From NCBI GenBank assembly GCA_973895155.1, contig OZ316895.1, positions 10,032,184 through 10,096,183 on the forward strand: a stretch of DNA of 64,000 nt. Reading direction: 5' to 3'. The stretch is from Marsupella aquatica (taxonomy: Eukaryota; Plantae; Marchantiophyta). The notes under the pieces were generated by a model that saw only the letters and a program-made list of their open reading frames with translations, was not told where the DNA came from and searched no databases. Positions within the stretch are counted from its first letter, which is position 1. Every line of letters starts with the position of its first letter. A program made the position numbers and the translations under genes. Shown here piece after piece: positions 25,235 to 36,862 of this stretch.

Positions 25235-25412
25235 GAGGTATTTGCTTGATAGACCCCCAAATGAAACTTGTTACTTGATTGACCCCTTGAGGTCTATCAA
25301 CTGTCCAGATTTGAGATCAAAAGGTCCATCAACTGCCCAGATTGGGGAAAAGTATGGAAGGGGCTAATTAAGCAAACTTTTTATAGAAGGGGATCTACCA
25401 AGCACCCCTCTC
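25235..25412. mobile_element. Degenerate Mutator-like MITE (same family as 58172-58374)
   Basis: Left end GAGGTATTTGCTTGATAGACCCC; degenerate right end GGGGATCTACCAAGCACCCCTCTC. Flanks GAAGTTTAG and GAAATCTAG match 7/9. Confidence 0.5.
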
Positions 25413-26006
25413 GAAATCTAGCTACTGTAGTTTTCGCCCACCAAATACAGCGCCGATTGGCCACCTTGGCGAAACAAGGAAAACCCTGAAATCCCAATAA
25501 GGGGGGCTTTACAAGACCGCGGGGGCCGTTCCAATTTTTTTCCAGTCTCCCAGATGTGATCCTAGCTGTGCATTCGTGAGAACTGGCCACACTTGACTTT
25601 ACAAGACCGTGGGGGGACGTTTCCCGTCAGAGGATCCCGATCCTACATGGACATTAGTGGGGCCCGTGTAGGGCCCAGTTTTTGCAGACGTGTCACGGCC
25701 GTTTGGGCAAAGTTTTAGACCACCTCCTCGGGTGGTTTTTTCTTTCGTCCGTTTGGTCCATTGCTATATTCAGACTTCGCATTAACTTTGACCCCACAGA
25801 AGCGACTATCCAGGCGATTCAGGAGGGCGCCCAATTTGCGAGCCAACTTCAAATGTTTGATTCAACATTTCAAAAAACATCTATCCAATGTCCAGAACAA
25901 GATCTATATGTTCTTCAGCAACATCAGAGTGCAGCAGTAGCGCACATTGCACATCTCACTCTCCTTACATAGAGTTTATACAATCAGTCACGGGATCAGT
26001 CACGAT

Positions 26007-27266
26007 GAACCAATCATTTTTTCAGCAATGGCAGGAAAGGCTACAGAGGCAACGAATGGAAGTCGACTCCAATTTTGTTCAAGATTCACAACCAATTTCT
26101 AGCTATCAGGGGGAGATTCATTCAATGCACTTTCGTCCCAACCTCCGTTGGTCATGTCCGATGAGGAATTCCAACGCTGCCTCAATGAACCCCCACCAAG
26201 TAGCTTTCGTTCATTTCATGGAATTGCAGGACAAGCTTTTGTTCCAGACCATCGTAATCAGTTCTTTTCTTGCCCTGCACCAGGTCCATTTGCATCTACT
26301 AGTAGTGAGGAACCTCCTCAAGTCACGAAGCTGCCTGTTAGGACAGAAACTGGAGGCAAAATACCTGGTGAGGGCACAAAGAAAAAGAGGGCTGCCAAGG
26401 CCGCCCCAACAAAGAAACCGAAGAAGGCTCAGAAGGTTGTCGAGTTGAGTGATGAAGAAGGCGATGGGGAAGATGGAAACTCAGTGAGTAGATGGACAGA
26501 TGCAGAAGTCAGCCACCTAATATCATTTTGCTCAGAAATGGATGAGGAGTTCTCAACGAATGCCAAGAAACAAGGTGAGGTTCAGATCCTCAAATTTCTA
26601 TTTTCTTGTCAAAATCACATGTATAGGTCCGTGAACGTGCATTCTCAATTATTCTCACTTGTATTTTTTTATAACTTGTCCGTGAGCGTGCATTCTCAAG
26701 TATTCACACTTGTTATTTTTTATAACTTGATTTCTCTCGATTACACAGGTGTGCACATGTGGGAGAAACTACAAGAGAAAATGATTGCTGCTTGTGAAGG
26801 ATTCAACAAGTCAGCTGAGGCAATCAGGAAGAAATGGGAAACCATTTATAGATAGTATTGCAGTGACAAACGTATCCTCAACATATCTGGAGAGGGACGA
26901 AAGATCACCTGTAAATATTTTGACGAAATTGATCAAGGCTTCAACAACCGGGCCAATGTACGAAAATTGTGTCACGGAGATGCTAGTGGGACTCCCAATC
27001 CATGTCCCCTTGACTTGAATGAGCCAGGGGAAGCGCAAGGGTCTGCCGAAGGTGGGGTTGGATCTGGTTCAGATCAAGGTAGTAATCCTGCTAACACTAC
27101 CCCTCAGTCCACAAAATCATCCAAAAAAAGCAATTCAGATACGTATAGTATGTACATGAGTGAGATGGTGAGCAACACCTCTAGCATGGCACAAGACATT
27201 CGTGAGACCACTAGTGTTCTCAAAGAGCTCAAATCCGAAATTTCAAGGCTCATTGACAAACTGTAA
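26007..27266 (+). pseudogene. Harbinger Myb/SANT-like (trihelix) DNA-binding protein, intron about 26575-26748
   Basis: SRWTDAEVSHLI...KKQG|VHMWEKLQEKM...KSAEAIRKKWETIYR*Y..DK...CKYFDEID. In-frame TAG at 26853 and a probable frameshift near 26140. Confidence 0.8.
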
Positions 27267-28116
27267 ATGTGGTTGCAGATGAGTGGGCGCCTAGGCGATG
27301 CTTTGTCCCTCAACCTTCTGTTATAGAAGTGAGCTATGATGGTGTCCCCCTAGAATATTTTAAATACTATAAACGGCCCACTGAGTTGTACTATCCTCTC
27401 GAATTGCTTAATAGGTTTCATTCTACGGACAAGTGAGTTCCTTGAAATTGGGCATTCAATATAAAAAAGGTCGACTCCTGGAAGCTCTCACTTTTTGGTA
27501 GTTTAATCATTCTTTTTTGTTCTAGAATTGCACAATGTGTACAGAACGGGTGAGAATTTACTCATTTATGTTCTGAACTGTATATGAACTTCAATTTCAT
27601 GTTTGAATGGATTTTTCCCTGTCAATTTCGACTTGCTGAACTGGTGATTTTCAGAACTGCGTTTTGCTTTCCACATGTATAACTATCAGCGAAATTCATT
27701 CAAGCAAAATTGTCTACTTAAATTGCAATAGCAAAGCATAGGCAAAATCAATCCATAGCCCAGAAATTGATTTCAATTCCAACTTCGACTTTGAGAATAG
27801 ATTGCTTTTGTCAATTTCAACTTTAAGAATTGGAGCTCATCAGGACTGCATTTTGTCTTCTCAATTTCGACTTTGAGAATGGGAGCCTTTGAGGACCTTT
27901 TCAATTTCAGCTTTCTGTGATTCATGCTGTGCATTTCGACTGAGATTTGAGTTCCTTGCACAATTTCTGAAAGAAGACGATTGCACAGATTGAGTAATAG
28001 AAAAAGTCAGCATTTATGTGGACGAAAATTTCCAGTTCACAGAATGCTAGACCTAACAACAATGGCTTCAATGGACGTAGGGAATTGACCTAACAGAATT
28101 TTAAAAATTACTAGAA

Positions 28117-29547
28117 TCATTCTTCAGCATCGCTCGGAGAGTCTGTGTCATCATCAAAGACACCTTCGGGTAATTCAACCTGTTCACGCAAGTGTCGGTG
28201 AAACAATGTCTTGGCCAGCTCCACATGCATTGTGACCCCTCTCTTCAAAGCTTGAACAGAGTTTTCATTGGCAAGTTCAATCACAGCATTGTCATTGTCG
28301 TCTGGTAATCCAGCTGTACGTATGAACTCTTCCATATCAATTGTAGCTCGATTCACCTCAACCTGTGCATAATCATACATTTTCATAGTCCCAGCTTGTC
28401 TTAAATCCCCCAAACTTGCAAGGCATTGCTCCTTCAGCCACAATTTTGCATCTGCTATGAGCTGCTCATCTCCAAAATCCTTGTGCATAATACATAAGTT
28501 ATGCAGACATATACATGCTCCGACCACGTCAGCAACATGATCAATCTTCATTTCTATGCGTCTCAAGAGAATCCGCCACCTGCCTTTCAAAATTCCAAAT
28601 GCCCGTTCTACACACATTCTGGTAGAACTCTGGATGAAATTCCAATGTGCTTTGAAAGGCTCAAGTTGTTCTTTTGTTCCTTTAAAAGGAATATACATAC
28701 AAGTTCGGATGGGATATGCAGCATCACCTATGAGTTTATATGGACGGAAATCTCCCCTAATAGTTTTCCTTCCCATCACTGAGTTTACAAATAAGGTGTA
28801 GTCATGTAGAGAACCCGCCCATCCAAAGTCCCAATCCCAAAATGTTGTTTCCGTGTCCACAATGCCTTGCAAGAGGATAGAATAAAATCCCTTTCTGTTA
28901 TAGAAAGGTGCCGGATCCCCCTCAGGGGCAATGATGGGAATATGAGAGCCATCTATGGCTCCCATAATAAAAGGCAACCCATGCTTAGCTTCAAACTGGG
29001 CTGCTAAATTTTTCAGAGATTTTGAAGTCCATTTCGGAACCACAAGTGGACGAATGTATTTCAAAACGGCTTGACAGAATTGTCTCACAACAATACAGGC
29101 CAAGCTTTCGCTCATTCCAAACAGGTCAGCACAACCAAGCAAGTAGTTACCTGTACCTAGTCTGTTCAATGATAAAGCAACCCTCTTTTCCAATGGAATA
29201 GCTCCACCTTTTTTTGACTTCTGCATGTCTGGGGCAACTAGAGAACAGAGGTAAAAAAATGTGGAAGGCTTGATACGTAACCTTCTTGTGAACTCTTTTT
29301 CAGTATGAGAAGCCAACAATGTTCTATCCACAAATGGAGATTCACGGTCCAACCTCCAAATGGATCTAGGATGCAATCGCAAAAGCCGTCGGTCCCCAAT
29401 GAGGCAATTAAATAGATGCATTGTGTTTGTTGCTGTAACCAAAGCAGCTTGCTGTGATTGTATGACTTTAGCCACAATGACTTGCAACACCAGATTGAGG
29501 CAAATTATTACCAGAATTTTTGTTCTCCTCCTGTCAGGCTGCATCGT
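28117..29547 (-). CDS. Harbinger transposase (DDE_Tnp_4 / HARBI1-like)
   Basis: FTRRLRIKPSTFFYLC, EKRVALSL, GAIDGSHIPI, FYNRKGFYSILLQG, GWAGSLHD, LIGDAAYP, FNF-like WNFIQSSTRMCVERAFGILKGRW, CICLHN. Start codon uncertain. Confidence 0.95.
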   Translation of the reverse strand, partial: TMQPDRRRTKILVIICLNLVLQVIVAKVIQSQQAALVTATNTMHLFNCLIGDRRLLRLHPRSIWRLDRESPFVDRTLLASHTEKEFTRRLRIKPSTFFYLCSLVAPDMQKSKKGGAIPLEKRVALSLNRLGTGNYLLGCADLFGMSESLACIVVRQFCQAVLKYIRPLVVPKWTSKSLKNLAAQFEAKHGLPFIMGAIDGSHIPIIAPEGDPAPFYNRKGFYSILLQGIVDTETTFWDWDFGWAGSLHDYTLFVNSVMGRKTIRGDFRPYKLIGDAAYPIRTCMYIPFKGTKEQLEPFKAHWNFIQSSTRMCVERAFGILKGRWRILLRRIEMKIDHVADVVGACICLHNLCIMHKDFGDEQLIADAKLWLKEQCLASLGDLRQAGTMKMYDYAQVEVNRATIDMEEFIRTAGLPDDNDNAVIELANENSVQALKRGVTMHVELAKTLFHRHLREQVELPEGVFDDDTDSPSDAEE

Positions 29548-31590
29548 GTAATCAAATAATTGATAAGAGGACAATTTTGCAATCTGAAATGCAAAAACGA
29601 AATTCCACAATCAAACTTGGCAGGGACAGGAACAAGAAAAGCTTCTGACCTGTTCACGAGCATATTCAACAGTGCATTGGTCTTCTTCGTCGAACGTTTC
29701 TTCTGCCTCAATTTCTTTGTACAAATCATGGCTCTCACTTGACGAAATTTCTCTAGGTTCCATGATTCAATGTTGCTATGTGCGTCTGTATCAGCGTCTT
29801 CCCAGTTGAACAAAATTTCACAGCTGAAGTTTGATTTTTCTAGTTTTTGGCCACGGTAGATCTCTTTGTATGGGTCCATAAACAGAAGGACCTGTTGCTC
29901 ATCAAGCTCTCTTCTCTCCAACGCTTGAAGATCCACGATTGATTGAAAGAAAGACTGAGCTTGACGATCTTCTCCCGCGCAATCACATATTTCCTCCCCG
30001 TCAATTTGGGAGTTATCAGACAGCTGGCCCTTGTTTCTGTCTTTTCTGTGTCCCATCTCTCAAAGTGGGCGTTGTTCACTTTACATGAGGCTGGGCGCCG
30101 TTTGCTGCAGCCTGGTAGTGTGTTTGCCCCGGTTTACTAATTTTAGTTCATTAAGTGGCCCCCGGCTTTGCTTTGGAAGAGGAGGGACTGAACCGCCCCC
30201 GCGGTCTTGTAAAGCCCCCCTAAGCTGGTTTACCACTACTGAATTTCTTTATGACTGTCACCGTGTTACAGTAGCGTGTCAGATGAGTAGCATGTCAGGA
30301 TGTGGTCGGCCCGGTCTGGTCGGAGCAAGACGCGCGTGCCCTGCCTGTTGCGTTCGGTTCGAGGTTCGCGCTTTGTCCGCTTGCATAAAGGAGACAACGC
30401 TTAAAATTGGGAAAAACTCGAAAAGGGCTCCCTAGGCGGCTGCGCCAATATCATCACACAGATTGCAAAGTCGGCCTATTAATTTAGCTGGGTAATATTC
30501 GTCTCCATGCCTTCTTTGATCAGCCCAATGTGGGCGGACGTCATTCTCCATAACATGACCCTGATCTTCAAATCTACTCCCTTTTTTTTTTTCTCGAAAA
30601 AACCAGATGAATTCCATTCGCAAATCTACTCCTTGTGCCTCAGTCTGGAAGTGCAGATTGATTGAATGTGAGAAAGCCGGGGCGATGTCACCCACATTAG
30701 GGGCTGTTGAACGGTAGAGTAGCTCCAAAGCTTTTGAATGGAAGAGAGAAAAACGCGCAGTACTTGTCGAGTTGACGAGTTGCGTGATGAATTGAGATAA
30801 ATAACTAGTAAGTTGGATTCTGATCACCAACATTCCAACTGAGCGAGAACCAAGAGACCTCAGCTTTGAGAAGATTTCATTGTCTGTCTGAAAGAATTCC
30901 AGCGATTCAAGCATGGCCTACGTCGAGGAGGTACGGACATCGATTCGACTTCATATAATCAGAATTGCGAAAGGAATATGGTTTTCTAGTCATCCCAATC
31001 CAAGAAATTGCATGAACCACTTCAGCTGAGTAGGTCCACCACAACGGTTAGACGGGGACAAAATTAGGGCTATTGTATTGGGAGATCAATAGCGAAGAGC
31101 TCTCGTTTCATTACAAACAGGACTGAATGTTGGTGATCACTAGATGAAGTAGGTATTGTATTCACCAATACAACAACTCACGGATCGAGCTCCAGTTTAG
31201 ACGTAGTTCCTGGGTAAAATCAGAGAAACGTAGGCCACCAAGAATTGTATTCATACGTGTACACAGTCAAGTCAATCGGCAAAATAGAACTGCCATATGA
31301 TCGTGCTTATGGTAATTAGTTCAACTCCCAACGATGTTCAATAGATCAATTGAATCGTTTCCTTTCCATTGATATTGATGCTTTTTATGTATGCTGGCAG
31401 TAGAAATTGAAAGTTATGAATTGATTCTTGACTGGTGTGTAGGAGCCATATTTGATTCAATGTCTCTATTGCTTAACAGTAATCAACTGACAGCGAGATT
31501 CCACCCGTCTTGTTCCTGGGCAAGTAGAGAGGCCTCATGTTATGAGAGCTTGCCTTCAAACATATGTGCAACTCTTCACTCCATATAAAA

Positions 31591-32112
31591 ATGTCGGCCA
31601 ATCCAAAGGTTTTCATGGAAATTAAAATAGGAGGAAACGTTGTTGGCAGAATGGTGATGGAGCTTTATGCTGACACAAACCCCAAGACAGCAGAAAACTT
31701 CAGATGCCTTTGCACTGGGGAGAGGGGAATTGGACAAAGTGGGAAACCAATGCACTACAAGGAATCTATCTTTCACAGGATCATTCCGAGCTTCATGTGT
31801 CAAGGTGGTGACTTTGTCAAAGGCAATGGAACCGGTGGGGAATCAATTTACGGTCATAAGTTCCCGGACGAGAATTTTTCGAGAAAACATGAGAAGCCGG
31901 GTGTGCTATCAATGGCCAACTCGGGACCCAACACCAATGGTTCGCAATTTTTTCTGTGTACGGTGCCCACCCCTTGGTTGGATGGCAAGCATGTTGTATT
32001 TGGCCAGGTGATTGAAGGCTTGGAAGTCATGAAAGAAATGGAGAAGATGGGGACAACTAGAGGTGAAACAAAGAAAGTTGTAATGATATCGAACTGTGGA
32101 CAACTCCAATGA
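31591..32112 (+). CDS. Cytosolic cyclophilin (peptidyl-prolyl cis-trans isomerase, CYP18/19 type), intronless
   Basis: [24 protein letters not shown], plant-type loop [60 protein letters not shown]. Confidence 0.97.
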   Translation: MSANPKVFMEIKIGGNVVGRMVMELYADTNPKTAENFRCLCTGERGIGQSGKPMHYKESIFHRIIPSFMCQGGDFVKGNGTGGESIYGHKFPDENFSRKHEKPGVLSMANSGPNTNGSQFFLCTVPTPWLDGKHVVFGQVIEGLEVMKEMEKMGTTRGETKKVVMISNCGQLQ

Positions 32113-34321
32113 TGCCGAGGCACTGATACCTTATGCATTGGAGGTCAATTCGATTTGACACGGGACTGGGCGTGCTCTGGATGAAGTCTTCATGGGGTTC
32201 GAAGGTAGAAGGGGCATTAAAATCCGATACTTAGAGGTTGTCGACAAAGTTGAATCAAAGTGTTGCCTAGAATCTCAGTATCTGACTTGTGAGAAATTTT
32301 GCTCTTTTTAAAAATGTCGTCGGGGAGTATTCTTTGCAGTGGATCTTTAGCTTTGAGAGATTGGCAAAATTGTTGATGTTATGAGCAAACCCTTCACAGA
32401 AAAATTGAGAACCTGGCATAAATGAAATTAAGTTCAAATTACACTCATTTCCGAAAAACATTTTTCATTTCTTCAAATGAAATCAATTCACGTTCAAGAT
32501 TATATGTCATTATCACGGTCACATGCTGCAAGCTCTGCATCTTGCTCGGCTTCAAACACCTTAGCTGCTTGGAGACAGTAGTGAATTGTGCGTGAGTGAC
32601 TGAGTTCAAACATTCTGTGATCTCAAAAATCACAAGCAAGAAAATTGTCTCATGCTGCCGAACGAAAACGCCATTCTGCAACTCATATACGGTAGACTCC
32701 ATTCTGCAACTCATATACTCTGACAGCTAGAGATCTTGCTCCAAACTATATTCCTTGTAGAAAATGAGAGATAATCGCTAGAAAGCGCCTGGTACAAGAT
32801 CATTTGTGAACTTCTGATTTCCGATTTATATCAGAGTCTGGGAGTCAATTTGCAATCCAATTGAGAAACTATCCTCTGGATGGGGACTTTGACTTTGACT
32901 CCCCTTTTTCAGAAAAAAGAACTCGGCTGAGCATTTTCTTAATCGGCCCTTGGTGCTCCTGAGAGCCAATTGCAAAACTCCACCCAATTGAAAGGATGTT
33001 GATTGCGGTAAATAGATGCTTTGCATTTCGAGTAAAAGGGTCAGATAGAAGGAAGAGTGCCAAGCCATGACTATCTCTTTCATCAACAAGAATGTGCAGG
33101 GAGGTCTAGAATCTGTGAGCCAAGATACTCGGTGAAAGGATGAAGTAAGGTTAAGAGCGGGGGCAGTTGCTGGCAAATATGCACAAGTCACAGTCCCTGG
33201 TCAGACAAGGATGACTTCGCAGAAAAAGTAAATGCAGGTTGTTCAACTCAGGTAAAGGCTTCACATATTCAACACGGACCAGGACCATCTCATTCAGTGG
33301 TACCCTGCCCTTGATTACCTTTTGTCGAATGAAAGATATCCAATACGATGCCCCCGAGCAACAGCGAAACAGGCCTTCACACCTAGCGTGATGCTCCGTA
33401 TTCTTACAAAGACAGGTTCCTTTCAGCCCGAGCATTTGTTTAGTCACTGAGAAATGACTACAGTACTTTTGGTTGTTCTACTACTATGTTTGCAATCCCC
33501 AAAATCTAGGAGTGTGACTACAGTAACGGTTCCGGGAGGAAGCCACGGGGATTTCTCGGGAATTGTAATTTGACTCCCTAGAATGAGTACAGCTAAAGAC
33601 AACGACATAACTACTTACACCGAAATGACACCTTTATCCTAGGAGCTCAACTGCGGATCCTGCCTTGAGGATATCAGATGACCGCATTGCTTGAGACGAC
33701 CATCACAGCCACATCGCAACAGTAGGACCTGAAGAACATGCTCTGTCTGCGGGCCCTGGATCAATAAGGAAAGGGCCTCTAACGGAATTTGGGCCTCTAC
33801 GATACAAAAATATTATCCCCACATAATCTACAGATGGAATTCAGAGTGGTGAATCCTTTTCGCCTCCCTTACAGTTTACTGCACAAACAATGGACATGAT
33901 GCCTTGTCAAGGCAACGGTTGAGAGGAGATATTGAGAAGCAGCTTTGAAGCCAGTCTGCAAGGAAAGCAGCGAATAAAGGGCCAGAAATATGTTCTAGAA
34001 CTACATGAAAGGGCGCATGGCACACCTTTGAAAACTTGTGGCAGCTTCTGCTGCTAAACGTGGAAAGGTTCAGATCCACGGGCTTTGATGCCGACCAGCT
34101 TACTACTTTTCCTCCATGTTTAATCCGCCCCTCCAAGAAACGTAACGTACTTCCAACCTTCGGAAGCAAGATTTCTTGGCCTGATCCGTGACAACCAGAG
34201 CCGCTATATTCAGCTTCTCATTCAAAGTCCACCGACTCATGGGATGGGCGATATTGTCTTGTGCTCAGATAACATGCACAAATAACTTCCTATTTTATGG
34301 CTTCCAATTCAAGTGAGGATC

Positions 34322-36022
34322 TCATCCTGTCTCATCATACTCGGGATTTTGACTTGCGGCGGCACGTGAAACTTCTCTGCGAGAAGTCTCCCATAATTGC
34401 TCCTCTACGCCCAGTTTATGCAGTTCCAACAGTCCTCTTTCTACGTCGACCACATCTTGAGAGGTTGGTGGCTGATTGGCTCGGCTCATCCAATAAGACA
34501 GGCGCTCATCGGCAATATCCGCCTCCACTTTGAAATTCTTTGCTCGACGCCAGAAGTACACTAGCCAAGCCTGCTTAAACCGAATGTCTTCCACTTCCTC
34601 TGCACTCAATTCACTGCGCCCAAAGGACGGATGTACATGGTGGGCTGATGACAGCATGACTGACTGTTCAACTTTCAACGATGCAAGCTCTCTCAAGCCC
34701 TTCTCCACTGCCAGCATTCCTTCGACATTACCTTCGGCAATAACCTCATTCAGATCTCTAATAGACGGAGCCTTTTTGTGCCCTTTTTGACCATTACTTT
34801 CATTAATATGGGCAGCTGCAGTCACCACTTCTAGAGGCAGTGGAGCCACAGCTGACCAATGCTCATGCTTAGAGCTTGCAACTGAAGGAAGAATCCCGTG
34901 TCTTGTGGCTAATCCCCAATACCGAGCCAACCAGCACCGCTTCAATACCATCTCCTCTTTTTCATCCTTCGTGAGAGTCATTCTCCGCGTGATACTCCTC
35001 AAACCCTGGACCTCCTTCTCGGCTGCAACGGACCGCTCAGTAGCAGAAAGGACCTCATCTCTGGCAGCATCCGCCTCTAATCTCAGAGCTGCAATCTCAT
35101 CGTCCTTCACATCTGTTGTCTGCACCTTCTCTGCTCTAAGTGCAGCCTCTCTCTGCTTCAAAACCGCGTCCTTTCTGCTCAACAACCTCGCCTCTAGTGA
35201 AACCCCATCTCCTAGACTCACAGTCTGCTTCTCTAGCTCCTTGTTCCGTATCTCCGTCTCCTGGAGCCTCTCCTCCATCAATCTCAGCTGGTTCAGAGCC
35301 TGCTGATTCTCATCCTGGAGAACATCAATCTCATCCTGCAATGCCACCTCTGCTCGCCTCCCAGTACCACCATTACTCCCTACATTTCCTCTAGGAAACC
35401 TTGGGAGTGGCACATCACGGAAACCCTCAGGAGAGGGTTCACCATTTCGTGTTATGGTTGTGAATTTAGACAAAGACATAGCCAGACTACTAGGTCTAGT
35501 TCTTTGACTGCCATTATTGAGTTGAGCTGGAATACCCCATCCACTCGGGACAGATCTTGTAGGTTGAAGACTACTCAGACTGCTATTCGTGCGGACTGAT
35601 GATACCCCTAGATCTCCATAGCCACTGTAAGCTGCTCCCATTCCAACCAGCGGGGATTTATCTCGAGAATCGGACATTATTACTTGTGGACGACGAGGGA
35701 GCCTGGGGGTTGGGGAAGCGTCTCTATGGCCAACATCGGAGACAGACAGAGAGCTCGTCGCGGTCTGGTCTGGCAAATTGTGGAAATCGTCGTCATCGTC
35801 GTCATCGTTATCGGCCGAGTGGGAGGCCATGACCTGAGCCAGGCGGGCTGCAGCTGCTTTGGCTGCATGGTTTTGGCTTCTCCGAACGGGAGTGTTGGCG
35901 GCGTTGATCGCACCTCCGGAGTAGGAAACCGATCGGTTGTGGCGTGGGTGATGAGAAGGGCCCCGGGGCTCACCCGTGATGGTACTTCGCTGCTTCGAGA
36001 AGGTCCGTCCAGGGTCGGCCAT
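34322..36022 (-). CDS. SCD2: Coiled-coil domain protein SCD2-like (stomatal cytokinesis defective 2), intronless
   Basis: AAKAAAARLAQVMASH..DDDD, ALQDEIDVLQDEN, LGDGVSLEARLLSRK, MVLKRCWLARYWGLA, EGNVEGMLAVEKGLRELASLKVE, FKQAWLVYFWRRAK, DVVDVERGLLELHKLGVEEQLWE. Likely start MADPGR at 36022. Confidence 0.9.
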   Translation of the reverse strand: MADPGRTFSKQRSTITGEPRGPSHHPRHNRSVSYSGGAINAANTPVRRSQNHAAKAAAARLAQVMASHSADNDDDDDDDFHNLPDQTATSSLSVSDVGHRDASPTPRLPRRPQVIMSDSRDKSPLVGMGAAYSGYGDLGVSSVRTNSSLSSLQPTRSVPSGWGIPAQLNNGSQRTRPSSLAMSLSKFTTITRNGEPSPEGFRDVPLPRFPRGNVGSNGGTGRRAEVALQDEIDVLQDENQQALNQLRLMEERLQETEIRNKELEKQTVSLGDGVSLEARLLSRKDAVLKQREAALRAEKVQTTDVKDDEIAALRLEADAARDEVLSATERSVAAEKEVQGLRSITRRMTLTKDEKEEMVLKRCWLARYWGLATRHGILPSVASSKHEHWSAVAPLPLEVVTAAAHINESNGQKGHKKAPSIRDLNEVIAEGNVEGMLAVEKGLRELASLKVEQSVMLSSAHHVHPSFGRSELSAEEVEDIRFKQAWLVYFWRRAKNFKVEADIADERLSYWMSRANQPPTSQDVVDVERGLLELHKLGVEEQLWETSRREVSRAAASQNPEYDETG

Positions 36023-36862
36023 CGAGACTACTGCTACACTTTGTAGGAAGTGTAGCAGTACGAGACTATTTGACTGCTGCTGCTGAACAAGACTATTCAG
36101 GAACAACACTCATGGATGGCACTCCCCCGCACTTGCTTTGCTCCCGTACTCGTATCCACTCCATTCCCATCATGCGCTCGAAATGTTTTGAGTCTCATCC
36201 TTCCAGTACATGTCTCTATCGATTGGTTTCAGCTCTTAGGTCAAAGGCATCTAACCGGAATTGTCAAACCATCAAAATCCAGACTTGCTGACCCTGATTT
36301 TATTCACTTTGCCATATTTGTTCACAGAAGGCCTGATGCCATTGATACTCACTGCTCCTCGACAAAGCTCTCTCTCTCTCGACGCGGCAAACTCCTGTTG
36401 TCAACACCTCAGGCACACGGTGAACCTTCAGCTCATTCCGGAGAGATTTTGTGCCTCTGGACAGCACTTTTGGTCATAAATTCATCTGCGAGTCTCAGAG
36501 GAGGAAGCAATTAGACTAGGGTAGGAGGGCAAGCGATCAAATTTCAACAAGCTTCGCATGCATGCAGCTGGAATTGCAGGCAATCAGAACGCCAATTGAT
36601 TGCGAACAAGCCCTGAGCTACGTATTGCCAATCAAAGCATCACGTTACGATGTTGCTTCAAGGTGACATCAATCAAGCGGAACTTCACGAAACCAATCCC
36701 AACGAAACAAAAACAGAATTATTGTAAGTTCAAACTCAATCAGAATCCATCACAGCCAAGCACTTCACTACAACAGGGCCAGGCTAACAGAGGCAAAATA
36801 CGAAAATGAGCAAAGAGTCAAGAGAGGACCAAACATTGGATTGCCACGTACATTCATTCCAC

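Larger units (their letters stand above)
25501..30220. mobile_element. Complete PIF/Harbinger DNA transposon, 4.72 kb
   Basis: Perfect 26-bp TIR GGGGGGCTTTACAAGACCGCGGGGGC. TAA TSD at 25498-25500 and 30221-30223. Contains convergent Myb-like and DDE genes. Confidence 0.95.

Noticed and set aside
30432-30914. 160-aa minus-strand ORF
   Set aside because: No recognisable motif, and it runs through a homopolymer tract.
32826-34169. Short ORFs between the cyclophilin and SCD2
   Set aside because: No recognisable homology or consistent exon chain; likely UTR or intergenic.
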